This document shows positions 29,630 to 39,655 of a stretch of DNA of 64,000 nt, piece after piece (position 1 is the first letter of the stretch; each line of letters begins with the position of its first letter). Location of the stretch: positions 7,806 through 71,805 of the forward strand of contig DERN01000001.1 of assembly GCA_002360925.1 (NCBI GenBank), read 5' to 3'. The notes below the pieces were generated by a model. That model saw only the letters and a program-made list of their open reading frames with translations. It had not been told where the DNA came from and ran no database searches. Position numbers and translations under genes: made by a program. This DNA comes from Flavobacteriaceae bacterium UBA3339 (GTDB lineage Bacteria > Bacteroidota > Bacteroidia > Flavobacteriales > Flavobacteriaceae).

Positions 29630-31240
29630 TTAAGCTTTTGGACTTACTTCCGAAATTCCCCAACGGTTCATATCTGCATGCTCAAAATCCCATTTGTATC
29701 TATCCGGAATAGTTCCTAACAACATACTCCCAACTTTCATTGAAGGAAATATTTCTTCATAAGTAAGCATTTCGTTTAACGAAACGCGTCGGTAAATATG
29801 AGCGCGGGTAATGTTTTTCATGTCATCTAGTCCCGAAGCTCCCAACAGTTCCACAAAACTTTCAACCGTTCCTTTGTGATAATTAGCCATTCGTACTTTT
29901 TTATCGGCAACGTCTAAACCAATAGTTAGTTTAGGATCTTGAGTCGCAATTCCTGTAGGACATTGGTTGGTGTTGCATAAAAGCGCCTGAATACAACCAA
30001 TAGCAATCATCATTGCACGAGCAGCATTACATGTATCGGCACCTAAAGCCATTGCGCGCGCAATATGGAATGAAGAAGTTACTTTTCCGGATGCAATTAA
30101 TCTGATGTGTTGACGAATTCCCATTCCGGTTAAGATATTATGAACAAAAGCTAATCCGTCCAGCATAGGTGCTCCTATATAATTTGAAAACTCCTGAGGA
30201 GCAGCACCTGTTCCGCCTTCTCCGCCGTCAACTGTTATAAAATCGGGATAAATATCCAAATGAATCATTGCTTTACAAATAGATATAAACTCGGCTTTGT
30301 GCCCAATACACAGTTTAAAACCAATGGGTTTCCCTTCCGACAATTCTCTTAACTTTTGTATAAACTGAACCAATTCTAGAGGTGAATTAAATGCCGAATG
30401 ATATGGGGGAGAAGCTACTATTGTATGCGGTTTTACATGTCTTATCAAAGCAATTTCTTCTGTGTTTTTAGATGCAGGTAATATTCCTCCGTGTCCCGGT
30501 TTTGCTCCTTGCGAAATTTTAAGCTCAATCATTTTAACGCTTGGCAGTTTTGCTTTTTCGGCAAATAATTCGTCATTAAAATTCCCGGCTTCATCTCTAC
30601 AGCCAAAATATCCCGTACCTATCTGCCAAATAAGATCACCACCGTTTTTTAAATGATAAGGGCTAATTCCTCCTTCGCCTGTATTATGGGCAAAACCTCC
30701 TAATTTGGCACCTCCGTTCATTGCTTCTACAGCCTGAGCACTTAAAGATCCAAAACTCATGGCCGATATATTAAGGATACTTGCCGAATAAGGCTGTTTG
30801 CAATCTTTATTTCCAAAAAGAATTCTAGGATTTTGATTTAATTTTTCAAATGCTTTTGGAGCAATCGAATGGCACATCCACTCATAACCTTCGGCGTAAA
30901 CGTCTAACTGAGTTCCAAACGGAACCGTTTCCAATTCTTTTTTAGCACGTTGGTAAATGGTTGCTCGATCAATGCGACTAATTGGTTTTCCGTCAGTATC
31001 CGATTCAATAAAGTATTGGTACATTTTCGGACGCAGTTCTTCCATCACATAACGCAGTCTTCCAAAAACGGGATAAATCCGCCTAAGAGTATGTTTTTTC
31101 TGATACATATCCTGATATCCCATAATAACAAATACCAAAACGATAACAAAAAGAACGCCCCAGTTTCTGTTTAAAAATAAGGTAAGGGCAAGCGTCACGA
31201 CCAAAAGCAGGCTCGAAAAAAGAACAAATTGTTTACGCAT
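29630..31240 (-). CDS. FMN-binding glutamate synthase family protein (membrane-anchored)
   Basis: SAMSFGSLS, NTGEGG, ELKISQGAKPGHGG, DGGEGGTGAA, GCIQALLCNTNQCPTG. Confidence 0.92.
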   Translation of the reverse strand: MRKQFVLFSSLLLVVTLALTLFLNRNWGVLFVIVLVFVIMGYQDMYQKKHTLRRIYPVFGRLRYVMEELRPKMYQYFIESDTDGKPISRIDRATIYQRAKKELETVPFGTQLDVYAEGYEWMCHSIAPKAFEKLNQNPRILFGNKDCKQPYSASILNISAMSFGSLSAQAVEAMNGGAKLGGFAHNTGEGGISPYHLKNGGDLIWQIGTGYFGCRDEAGNFNDELFAEKAKLPSVKMIELKISQGAKPGHGGILPASKNTEEIALIRHVKPHTIVASPPYHSAFNSPLELVQFIQKLRELSEGKPIGFKLCIGHKAEFISICKAMIHLDIYPDFITVDGGEGGTGAAPQEFSNYIGAPMLDGLAFVHNILTGMGIRQHIRLIASGKVTSSFHIARAMALGADTCNAARAMMIAIGCIQALLCNTNQCPTGIATQDPKLTIGLDVADKKVRMANYHKGTVESFVELLGASGLDDMKNITRAHIYRRVSLNEMLTYEEIFPSMKVGSMLLGTIPDRYKWDFEHADMNRWGISEVSPKA

Positions 31241-31470
31241 ACGTCGAGTTGTTTATAACCATAACTTATTGTATTAAAACAAGAGTTTAGGTTAATTATT
31301 GAATTGATTAAAAAATGTTTTGACTTTTTGATGTTGATTATAAATTTACACATTAAAAGCACATAAAAAATAAGATATGATAAAATATTAAAGAATAAAA
31401 TACTGTTTTTATATTCAAGCCTCCTGCTGTAATCATACTATATGTTGGTCCGTTTTTTTATCTTTACCAT

Positions 31471-32007
31471 ATGCAGATAAAAATAAGAAAAGAGGAAAAG
31501 GAAGATTTTAATACAGTTTTTAAGCTGATTGAAGAAGCTTTTAGAAATGAAGAATACAGCGATCATAAAGAACAATATTTAGTTGAACGATTAAGAAAAT
31601 CGGATGCTTTTATACCAGAATTGTCTATTGTTGCAGAGCTAGATAATGAAATAGTTGGTTATATATTACTTACTAAAATAACGATTATAGATAGTCAAAA
31701 GAATCTACATCCGTCGCTAGCTTTGGCTCCGGTAGCTGTTTCGAAACGATTTCAACGTAAGGGAATTGGAGTAAAATTAATTACTTATGCGCATGAGAAA
31801 GCTAAAGAATTGGGATTTAGTTCAGTTGTTTTATTAGGACATGAAAACTATTATCCTAAGTTTGGATATAAACCAACCATTGCATTTGGAATAAAGTTAC
31901 CTTTTGATGTTCCTGAGGCTAATAGTATGATAATAGAATTATTCGAAAATGCTCTACAAAATGTCTCGGGAACGGTTCATTATCCGAAAGAGTTTGAAAT
32001 TGAATAA
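31471..32007 (+). CDS. GNAT N-acetyltransferase (YhbS-like)
   Basis: LALAPVAV..FQRKGIG, VLLGHENYYPKFGY. Confidence 0.9.
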   Translation: MQIKIRKEEKEDFNTVFKLIEEAFRNEEYSDHKEQYLVERLRKSDAFIPELSIVAELDNEIVGYILLTKITIIDSQKNLHPSLALAPVAVSKRFQRKGIGVKLITYAHEKAKELGFSSVVLLGHENYYPKFGYKPTIAFGIKLPFDVPEANSMIIELFENALQNVSGTVHYPKEFEIE

Positions 32008-32150
32008 AGGAAACATTTTGACGTTCTATTACAAAACTTCTTAATATATAATCGGATATTTTACTTGCTTTAAAAAGTACATTATTTTACTCTTCCCTTT
32101 TAAAGAAGATAGCTGAATAATCGTAAATTTGAAATTAAATTAGAGTTAAA

Positions 32151-33485
32151 GTGATAAAAGTACTTATAATAGATGATGAAGAGAAATTGAGAAGCTTACT
32201 TTCTAAAATTATTAGTTTAGAAGGGTTTGAAGTTTTTCAGGCATCAACTATTAAATTAGGATTAAAAAGATTAGAATCAAAAGATATAGACGTTGTAATC
32301 TGTGATGTTAAATTACCAGATGGAAATGGTATTGAAACTGCTAAAATCATTAAAAACAACCACCCAGAGGTTGAAGTAATTCTATTAACTGCTTTTGGAA
32401 CTATTACAGATGGCGTGCAAGCCATTAAAAATGGCGCTTTTGATTATATTACCAAAGGTGACGATAACAATAAAATTATTCCGCTTTTGTACAAAGCCAG
32501 TGAAAAGGCAACTTTAAATAAAAAACTTCAAAAGTTAGAAAATCAGTTAAGTGAAAAACATTCTTTTGAAAAAATCATCGGTAAATCAACTTCATTATTA
32601 AAAGCAGTCGAATTAGCAAAAAAAGTAGCAACAACACCTACAACTGTTTTGTTAACAGGAGAAACAGGAACGGGAAAAGAAATTTTTGCACAGGCTATTC
32701 ATCAAGCAAGCAATCGATCTTCAGAAAATTTTGTAGCCATAAACTGTTCTGCTTTTAGCAAGGAGTTATTAGAAAATGAATTATTTGGTCATAAAGAAGG
32801 AGCGTTTACAGGAGCTTCCAAAAATCAGAAAGGATTGTTTGAAGAAGCGCATAAAGGAACCATTTTTTTGGACGAAATAGGCGAACTGGCATTAGATTTA
32901 CAAGCAAAAATATTACGTGTTTTAGAAACAGGAGAATTTTTACGAGTAGGCGACTCAAAACCTATTAAAGTTGATGTGCGTGTTATTGCTGCTACTAATC
33001 GAAAATTAGAAGAAGAAATACAAAAAGAGCATTTTAGAAGTGATTTGTTTTATCGGTTAGCCGTTTTTGAAATTCATTTGCCATCGTTGCGCGAACGAAA
33101 AAAAGACATTTTGCTTTTGGCAGATTATTATGTCAATTACTTTGCCTTACAAACTAGCCGAAAACCATTAAAACTATCAGAAGAATACGCAACAGCGCTT
33201 GAAAATAATAATTGGAAAGGAAATATTCGCGAACTTAAAAACGTAATTGAACGAAGCGTGATTCTTACAGATTCAGATGTTTTACAAACAGATACACTTC
33301 CTGCAGATTTTTTAAATGAAGTTGGTTCTACTAAGGCTCTTTCGTCATTTTCAATGGCGAACATAGAAAAAAAACATATTCAAAAAATCCTTCAACATAC
33401 TGGAGGAAATAAAGCAGAAACTGCTCGTTTACTCGAAATAGGAATTGCAACACTTTATAGAAAAATAGAAGAATACCATCTTTAA
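32151..33485 (+). CDS. Sigma54-dependent NtrC-type response regulator (probable kdp activator)
   Basis: Receiver domain, GETGTGKE, GAFTGA, FLDEIGE, WKGNIREL, Fis HTH; TAAATTTG -7 box at 32124. Confidence 0.93.
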   Translation: MIKVLIIDDEEKLRSLLSKIISLEGFEVFQASTIKLGLKRLESKDIDVVICDVKLPDGNGIETAKIIKNNHPEVEVILLTAFGTITDGVQAIKNGAFDYITKGDDNNKIIPLLYKASEKATLNKKLQKLENQLSEKHSFEKIIGKSTSLLKAVELAKKVATTPTTVLLTGETGTGKEIFAQAIHQASNRSSENFVAINCSAFSKELLENELFGHKEGAFTGASKNQKGLFEEAHKGTIFLDEIGELALDLQAKILRVLETGEFLRVGDSKPIKVDVRVIAATNRKLEEEIQKEHFRSDLFYRLAVFEIHLPSLRERKKDILLLADYYVNYFALQTSRKPLKLSEEYATALENNNWKGNIRELKNVIERSVILTDSDVLQTDTLPADFLNEVGSTKALSSFSMANIEKKHIQKILQHTGGNKAETARLLEIGIATLYRKIEEYHL

Positions 33486-33493
33486 ATCAGATG

Positions 33494-33536
33494 TATCATA
33501 TTGAGAAAAGCCTATCATTTTGATAGGCTTTTTTTT
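33494..33536 (+). promoter_or_regulatory. Tandem TATCA-N3-TGA(T/G)A boxes (putative enhancer); the second is embedded in an intrinsic terminator
   Basis: TATCATATTGAGA 33494-33506 and TATCATTTTGATA 33513-33525; hairpin aaaagcctatca-ttt-tgataggctttt plus T-run. Confidence 0.65.
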
Positions 33537-33603
33537 ATTTCTAAATAATTTGTTTGTTTTTATTTGTTTGATTTATAGTTGTTTGTGATTGTTTGGTTGT
33601 TTT

Positions 33604-33618
33604 TGGAACATAAGTTGG
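33604..33618 (+). promoter_or_regulatory. Putative sigma54 -24/-12 promoter
   Basis: TGGAAC-ATAAG-TTGG against consensus TGGCAC-N5-TTGC; about 80-110 bp downstream of the putative enhancer and 25 bp before the first small ORF. Confidence 0.6.
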
Positions 33619-33643
33619 CATAAGGCTTCAAAACAATTTAAAA

Positions 33644-33781
33644 ATGAAACATAAAAATGAATGTTCAAGAAGAAGAACAGAACCTCCATCGCTTCCAAAA
33701 TGGCTTAAATCTTATCATTTAATGCTTTTTGCATTTCTTGTTTTTATGATACTCGGCACGTGTATAAAAACCTTTTTTTAA
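33644..33781 (+). CDS. Small membrane protein 1 (45 aa), not in ORF track
   Basis: MKHKNECSRRRTEPPSLPKWLKSYHLMLFAFLVFMILGTCIKTFF; basic N-terminus plus one TM helix; A-rich start context. Confidence 0.55.
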   Translation: MKHKNECSRRRTEPPSLPKWLKSYHLMLFAFLVFMILGTCIKTFF

Positions 33782-33797
33782 TAAAACCATAGAAAAT

Positions 33798-33881
33798 ATG
33801 ATGACTATAGTACTTGTATTAGCCGGACTTGCTTGTTTTGGCTTGTTCATAAAATCGATTGATTTTTTCGATAAACTCTAA
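33798..33881 (+). CDS. Small membrane peptide 2 (27 aa), not in ORF track
   Basis: MMTIVLVLAGLACFGLFIKSIDFFDKL; one TM helix plus amphipathic tail; directly upstream of kdpF. Confidence 0.7.
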   Translation: MMTIVLVLAGLACFGLFIKSIDFFDKL

Positions 33882-33918
33882 AAAGTAAAAACAAAGATTA
33901 AAAATAAAAACAAAAAAC

Positions 33919-33996
33919 ATGATGGCATTGTTCCTTATTGTTATAGCAGTATTTATCTACATCTGCTATGTGCTTCTTAAACCAGAAGAATTTTAA
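33919..33996 (+). CDS. kdpF: K+-transporting ATPase subunit F (25 aa), not in ORF track
   Basis: MMALFLIVIAVFIYICYVLLKPEEF; KdpF signature YxxYxLxxPExF. Confidence 0.92.
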   Translation: MMALFLIVIAVFIYICYVLLKPEEF

Positions 33997-34008
33997 CCCA
34001 TTACAATT

Positions 34009-34122
34009 ATGAAATTTAATTACTCATCGTTAAGAGATATAGGACAGGTGATTTTAATATTTCTTATGATTTTAGGATGTGTAAAACTGTTTGGATGGAT
34101 GTTTAAAAACCTATTTAATTAA
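34009..34122 (+). CDS. Small membrane peptide 4 (37 aa) between kdpF and kdpA, not in ORF track
   Basis: MKFNYSSLRDIGQVILIFLMILGCVKLFGWMFKNLFN; fills the kdpF-kdpA gap (12 and 5 bp spacers); one TM helix. Confidence 0.6.
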   Translation: MKFNYSSLRDIGQVILIFLMILGCVKLFGWMFKNLFN

Positions 34123-34127
34123 TTAAA

Positions 34128-35816
34128 ATGAATACAGAAATATTAGGGATTATTGCAATGTTTACAGTAACGGTAGTTTTGGCAATACCGTTGGGAAGAT
34201 ATATTGCAAAAGTATTTGGAAACGAAAAAACAATTCTAGATCCCATTTTTAATCCAGTAGAAAGAATTTTTTATAAAATAAGCGGTTTAAATCCGCAAAC
34301 CGAAATGAACTGGAAACAACAAATGTTTGCTTTAGTAACTATTAACATGATTTGGTTCTTGTTGGGAATACTTATCTTAATGACTCAAGGAAACCTGCCT
34401 TTAAATCCAGATCAAAATCCAAGTATGCCTGCCGATTTGGCTTTTAATACGGTTATCTCGTTTGTGGTGAACTGTAATTTACAACATTATTCGGGCGAAA
34501 CAGGTTTAAGCTACCTAGGGCAGTATTGGTTAATGTTTTTACAATTTGTTAGTGCGGGTACAGGAATGGCAGCGGCTGCTGTGTTGTTTCGAGCTTTTAG
34601 AGACAAATCAACGCAAAACTTAGGGAACTTTTATAACTTTTTTGTAAAATCTTGTACTCGAATTTTATTACCTATTGCATTTGTAGTGGCCGTTATTTTG
34701 GTTTTCGAAGGAACTCCAATGACATTTGAAGGCAAAGATACCATGACCAATTTACAAGGAGAACAGGTAGAGGTTTCCAGAGGACCAGCTGCGGCTTTTA
34801 TTGCTATAAAACATGTAGGTACAAATGGAGGTGGTTTTTTTGGTGTTAACTCGAATCATCCTTTTGAAAACCCTTCTTATTTGTCAAATATGGTTGAAAT
34901 GTTTGCTCAAACCATTATTCCCATTGCGATGATTTTTGCATTTGGATATTTTATCCGAAGAAAAAAACTATCGTGGATGATTTTTGGAGTCATGACAGTT
35001 GGTTTCTTATCATTAGCAATTCCTAATATTAATATGGAAATAAATGGGAATCCAGCTATTTCGGCTATGGGAATAGATAATTCGTTAGGTGCCATGGAAG
35101 GAAAAGATATTAGAATAGGTGCACCGGCTGCTGGTTTTTGGAGTATTGTAACTACCGTTATTTCAACAGGATCTATTAACTCAATGCACGATAGTACCAT
35201 GCCGCTTTCAGGAATGAACGAATTACTTGCTATGATGATTAATGCCTTTTATGGAGGCGTTGGTGTTGGAATGCTTAACTTTTTTATATTCATAATTCTG
35301 GCTGTGTTTATTAGTGGTTTAATGGTAGGGCGCACACCTGAGTTTTTAGGTAAAAAAGTCGAAGCACGTGAAATGAAAATAGCTATGATGATAGCGTTGT
35401 TACATCCTTTTTTAATATTGGTAGGTACTGCATTAGCAGCTGCATTGCCGCAATACACTGCTGAAACTTTAAACAATCCTGGTTTTCATGGATTAAGTGA
35501 GATGTTGTATGAATACACCTCTTCATCAGCAAATAATGGTAGTGGTTTTGAAGGTTTGGGTGATAATACAATATGGTGGAATATCAGTACAGGTTTTGTA
35601 CTTATTTTATCGCGTTTCTTACCTATTATTGGTCCGGTAGCTATCGCTGGTTTGTTGGCACAGAAAAAATACATTCCAGAAGGCGATGGAACTTTAAAAA
35701 CCGATACAGCAACTTTTGGACTTATGGTATTTGTAATTATAGCAATTGTTGCAGCCTTATCCTTTTTCCCTGTATTGGCGTTAGGACCTATTGCCGAGTT
35801 TTTTACACTTTATTAA
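34128..35816 (+). CDS. kdpA: K+-transporting ATPase subunit A
   Basis: [45 protein letters not shown] selectivity-filter motifs. Confidence 0.97.
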   Translation: MNTEILGIIAMFTVTVVLAIPLGRYIAKVFGNEKTILDPIFNPVERIFYKISGLNPQTEMNWKQQMFALVTINMIWFLLGILILMTQGNLPLNPDQNPSMPADLAFNTVISFVVNCNLQHYSGETGLSYLGQYWLMFLQFVSAGTGMAAAAVLFRAFRDKSTQNLGNFYNFFVKSCTRILLPIAFVVAVILVFEGTPMTFEGKDTMTNLQGEQVEVSRGPAAAFIAIKHVGTNGGGFFGVNSNHPFENPSYLSNMVEMFAQTIIPIAMIFAFGYFIRRKKLSWMIFGVMTVGFLSLAIPNINMEINGNPAISAMGIDNSLGAMEGKDIRIGAPAAGFWSIVTTVISTGSINSMHDSTMPLSGMNELLAMMINAFYGGVGVGMLNFFIFIILAVFISGLMVGRTPEFLGKKVEAREMKIAMMIALLHPFLILVGTALAAALPQYTAETLNNPGFHGLSEMLYEYTSSSANNGSGFEGLGDNTIWWNISTGFVLILSRFLPIIGPVAIAGLLAQKKYIPEGDGTLKTDTATFGLMVFVIIAIVAALSFFPVLALGPIAEFFTLY

Positions 35817-35839
35817 TGAAACAGCTTAAAGATTTAAAA

Positions 35840-37849
35840 ATGAATAATAATACCTCATTGTTTCAAAAAAGTATGGTTCAAGAAGCCTTGAAACAATCAT
35901 TCGTAAAACTCAACCCAAAGTTAATGTTTCGTAATTCGGTAATGTTTACGGTATGGATTGGAACATTTGTAATGTTTATAGTAAGCTTATGGACGCTTGT
36001 AGGTGCAAAAGAACAAGGAAGTTTTGGATATAATTTTACTGTATTTATCGTACTATTACTTACATTGTTGTTTGCTAATTTTGCCGAAGCTATTGCCGAA
36101 GCACGTGGTAAAGCCCAAGCCGACAGTTTACGTAAAACTAGAGAAGAAACGCCTGCTATTCTTCAGAACGGTCAAACCATTTCTTCGGCTCAACTTAAAA
36201 AAGGAGATGTTTTTGTTTGCGAGGCAGGTGATGTGATTCCTTCTGACGGAGAAATTATTGAAGGACTTGCTACGATAGATGAAAGCGCCATTACAGGTGA
36301 ATCAGCACCCGTAATCAGAGAAGCAGGTGGCGATAAAAGTTCGGTTACAGGTGGTACCAAAGTACTTTCAGATAGAATAGTGGTACAAGTAACCACGCAA
36401 CCAGGTGAAAGTTTTTTAGATAAAATGATTGCTTTGGTAGAAGGAGCAGCACGTCAAAAAACACCGAACGAAATTGCTTTAACTATTCTTTTAGCTGGTT
36501 TTACTTTAGTGTTCATTATCGTATGCGTTACGTTAAAACCTTTTGCAGATTATTCTAATGTAAGCATTACTATTGCCTCGTTTATCGCACTATTTGTTTG
36601 TTTGATTCCTACAACTATTGGAGGATTGCTTTCTGCTATTGGTATTGCAGGAATGGATAGAGCGCTAAGAGCCAATGTCATTACAAAAAGCGGAAAAGCT
36701 GTAGAAACAGCAGGAGATATTGATGTGCTATTGCTTGATAAAACAGGAACTATTACCATTGGTAACCGTAAAGCAACACATTTTTACCCAGCAAACGGTA
36801 TTGATAAAGTACAATTAATTAAAGCTGCGGTTTTGAGTTCTATGGCTGATGAAACGCCTGAAGGAAAGTCGATTATAGAATTGGCAGGTATCAATCCAAC
36901 AAGTTATACTGTAAAAAATCCAGAGTTTGTGAAGTTTACTGCCGAAACACGCAGTTCGGGTATCAATTATGAAAATATTCGTATTCGAAAAGGAGCAACA
37001 GATTCTATTAAAAATATGATTATTCAGGCAGGAAATAGTTTTCCGCAAGAAGTGGAAGATCAAGCCAAAGAGATTTCAAAAAACGGAGGAACGCCACTTG
37101 TGGTTTCTGAAAATGAGAACGCTTTAGGAGTGATTGAATTGCAGGATATTATCAAAACAGGTATCCAAGAACGTTTTGAGCGTCTTCGAAAAATGGGAAT
37201 AAAAACAGTAATGGTTACAGGAGACAATCCGTTAACAGCAAAATTTATAGCTGATAAGGCGGGAGTAGATGATTTTATTGCCGAAGCCAAACCTGAGGAT
37301 AAGATGAATTACATCAAAAAAGAACAATCAGAAGGGCGATTGGTAGCCATGATGGGTGACGGAACGAATGATGCTCCTGCTTTAGCACAAGCCGATGTAG
37401 GTGTAGCCATGAATAGTGGAACACAAGCTGCTAAAGAAGCTGGTAATATGGTAGATCTTGACAACGACCCAACCAAGTTGATTGAAGTGGTAGAAATTGG
37501 AAAGCAATTGTTAATGACTCGTGGTACACTAACAACTTTTAGTATTGCAAATGATGTGGCTAAATATTTTGCTATTATTCCGGCACTTTTCATCACAGCT
37601 ATTCCGGCATTACAAAGTTTAAACATTATAAAACTTCACAGCCCTGAAAGTGCCATTTTATCAGCGGTTATATTTAATGCTATTATCATTCCAATGTTAA
37701 TTCCGTTGGCTTTAAAAGGAGTTGCTTACAAGCCAATTGGGGCAAGTGCTTTACTTCGTCGCAACTTGTTAATATTCGGTTTAGGAGGAGTTTTGGTTCC
37801 TTTTATTGGTATCAAGCTAATTGATATGCTGATATCCGTTTTCTTTTAA
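35840..37849 (+). CDS. kdpB: K+-transporting P-type ATPase subunit B
   Basis: TGES, CLIPTT, DKTGT, GDGTND. Real start is 35840, or 35816 via TAATG overlap, not 35573. Confidence 0.97.
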   Translation: MNNNTSLFQKSMVQEALKQSFVKLNPKLMFRNSVMFTVWIGTFVMFIVSLWTLVGAKEQGSFGYNFTVFIVLLLTLLFANFAEAIAEARGKAQADSLRKTREETPAILQNGQTISSAQLKKGDVFVCEAGDVIPSDGEIIEGLATIDESAITGESAPVIREAGGDKSSVTGGTKVLSDRIVVQVTTQPGESFLDKMIALVEGAARQKTPNEIALTILLAGFTLVFIIVCVTLKPFADYSNVSITIASFIALFVCLIPTTIGGLLSAIGIAGMDRALRANVITKSGKAVETAGDIDVLLLDKTGTITIGNRKATHFYPANGIDKVQLIKAAVLSSMADETPEGKSIIELAGINPTSYTVKNPEFVKFTAETRSSGINYENIRIRKGATDSIKNMIIQAGNSFPQEVEDQAKEISKNGGTPLVVSENENALGVIELQDIIKTGIQERFERLRKMGIKTVMVTGDNPLTAKFIADKAGVDDFIAEAKPEDKMNYIKKEQSEGRLVAMMGDGTNDAPALAQADVGVAMNSGTQAAKEAGNMVDLDNDPTKLIEVVEIGKQLLMTRGTLTTFSIANDVAKYFAIIPALFITAIPALQSLNIIKLHSPESAILSAVIFNAIIIPMLIPLALKGVAYKPIGASALLRRNLLIFGLGGVLVPFIGIKLIDMLISVFF

Positions 37850-37867
37850 TTTTTAATACTTAAAAAA

Positions 37868-38431
37868 ATGAAAAAACATATTTTACCTGCATTAAAGTTA
37901 ACGTTTGTAATGATTGTATTCTTCACTGTTATTTATCCACTTGCGGTATGGGGCATTGCACAAATGGCACCCAATTCAGGAAAAGGAGAAATACTAGAAT
38001 TTGATGGGAAAAAATATTACACAAATATTGGTCAATCATTTACAAAAGACGAATATTTCTGGTCAAGACCATCGGCAGTTGGTTATGATGCTTCTGGTTC
38101 TGGAGCAAGTAATAAAGGTCCATCCAACAAAGAGTATCTCGCCGAAGTACAAGCGCGAATTGATACTTTTTTAATGCGAAATCCTGGAATTCAAAAAGAA
38201 GCAATTCCTGTAGATTTGGTAACAGCTAGTGGTAGCGGTTTAGATCCCAATTTCTCCGTTCAAGCTGCTAAAGTACAAGTTAAAAGAATTGCTAAAATTA
38301 GAGGTATAGAGGAAGCTCAATTAAATAAATTGATCGATGATCAAATCGAAAGGCCGTTATGGGGATTATTCGGTCCTGAAAAAATCAATGTTTTACAATT
38401 AAATATCGCTTTAGATAAGCTTACAAAATAA
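37868..38431 (+). CDS. kdpC: K+-transporting ATPase subunit C
   Basis: YFWSRPSA, SGASNKGPSN, VTASGSGLDP, INVLQLNIALD. Confidence 0.96.
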   Translation: MKKHILPALKLTFVMIVFFTVIYPLAVWGIAQMAPNSGKGEILEFDGKKYYTNIGQSFTKDEYFWSRPSAVGYDASGSGASNKGPSNKEYLAEVQARIDTFLMRNPGIQKEAIPVDLVTASGSGLDPNFSVQAAKVQVKRIAKIRGIEEAQLNKLIDDQIERPLWGLFGPEKINVLQLNIALDKLTK

Positions 38432-38507
38432 ATATTTACTCTTTTTTTAACGATTGGGTGAAAAGAACTACAAACCCAATCGTTTTAAACTATTAATGAA
38501 CTTCAAA

Positions 38508-39590
38508 ATGAAAAAAACAATCTTGTTTTTGGCAGTAATGCTAGGAGCAACCATAAATGCATATACACAAGAAATAGAGAAAAAATCATTGACTATAAGT
38601 GGTTATGCCGAAGTATATTATCAATACGATTTTAACAATCCTGAAACAAATAACCGTCCTGATTTTGTTTACAGTTTAAGTAGAAATAACGAAGTAAGCT
38701 TAAATTTAGGTTTTATTAAAGCTGCTTATGAAACCGAAAAAGTAAGAGCAAACTTAAGCGTTGGAGTAGGATCATATATGAATGCGAATTATAGTACAGA
38801 ACCTAACGTACTTAAAAATATTTATGAAGCAAATGTAGGCGTAAAGCTTTCTAAAAAACATAATTTGTGGTTAGATGCTGGAATCATGCCTGCACATATT
38901 GGATCAGAGAGTGCCATAGGTGCCGATTGCTTTACTTTAACGCGTAGTATGATGGCTGATAATTCGCCTTATTTCGAAACAGGAGCCAAATTATCGTACA
39001 ACACAGCAAACGGAAAGTGGAGTATGGCGGCATTAGTATTAAATGGCTGGCAACGAATTCAAAGAGTAGAAGGCAATACAACACAAGCTTTCGGACATCA
39101 ATTAACGTATCATCCAACCGATAAAATCACTTTAAATAGCAGTTCTTTTATTGGAAATGATTTTCCAGATAGCGAACGTAAAATGCGCTATTTCCATAAT
39201 CTGTATGGACAAGTTAAGTTAAGCGAAACAGTCGCTTTTATTGCAGGGTTCGATATTGGAGTACAACAAAAAGAAAAAAATAGTACAAATTATAACACTT
39301 GGTACACACCCGCTGCTATTGTAAAATGGTCTCCTTCAGAAAAAATCAATTTAGCAGCTAGAGTAGAATATTATAACGACAAAGATGGCGTGATTATCAA
39401 AACCGACACAGCTAATGGTTTTCAAACTTTTGGAGCTTCTTTAAATGTTGATTACTACATTTTATCTAAAGTAGTTTGGCGAACCGAGGTTAAGAACTTA
39501 AGTAGTAAAGATGCAATTTTTGTAAACCAAAGTAATGAAATGAAAAAAGATAACGTTTCAATAATTACATCCTTAGCAGTACGTTTTTAA
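38508..39590 (+). CDS. Outer-membrane porin / beta-barrel associated with kdp
   Basis: Signal peptide MKKTILFL; ISGYAEVYY, PYFETG; C-terminal Phe. Confidence 0.8.
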   Translation: MKKTILFLAVMLGATINAYTQEIEKKSLTISGYAEVYYQYDFNNPETNNRPDFVYSLSRNNEVSLNLGFIKAAYETEKVRANLSVGVGSYMNANYSTEPNVLKNIYEANVGVKLSKKHNLWLDAGIMPAHIGSESAIGADCFTLTRSMMADNSPYFETGAKLSYNTANGKWSMAALVLNGWQRIQRVEGNTTQAFGHQLTYHPTDKITLNSSSFIGNDFPDSERKMRYFHNLYGQVKLSETVAFIAGFDIGVQQKEKNSTNYNTWYTPAAIVKWSPSEKINLAARVEYYNDKDGVIIKTDTANGFQTFGASLNVDYYILSKVVWRTEVKNLSSKDAIFVNQSNEMKKDNVSIITSLAVRF

Positions 39591-39604
39591 AATTCAATAA
39601 TTTT

Positions 39605-39639
39605 CTCATTCCCTTCATCTTGTTGTGAAGAGGAATGAG
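39605..39639 (+). other. Intergenic stem-loop between porin and kdpD
   Basis: ctcattcc-cttca...tgaag-aggaatgag; no U-tail. Confidence 0.55.
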
Positions 39640-39655
39640 TACTTTTAGTAAAGTT

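Noticed and set aside
35573..35839. N-terminal extension of KdpB (758 aa in track)
   Set aside because: Overlaps kdpA out of frame; KdpB-like sequence begins at about 35840.
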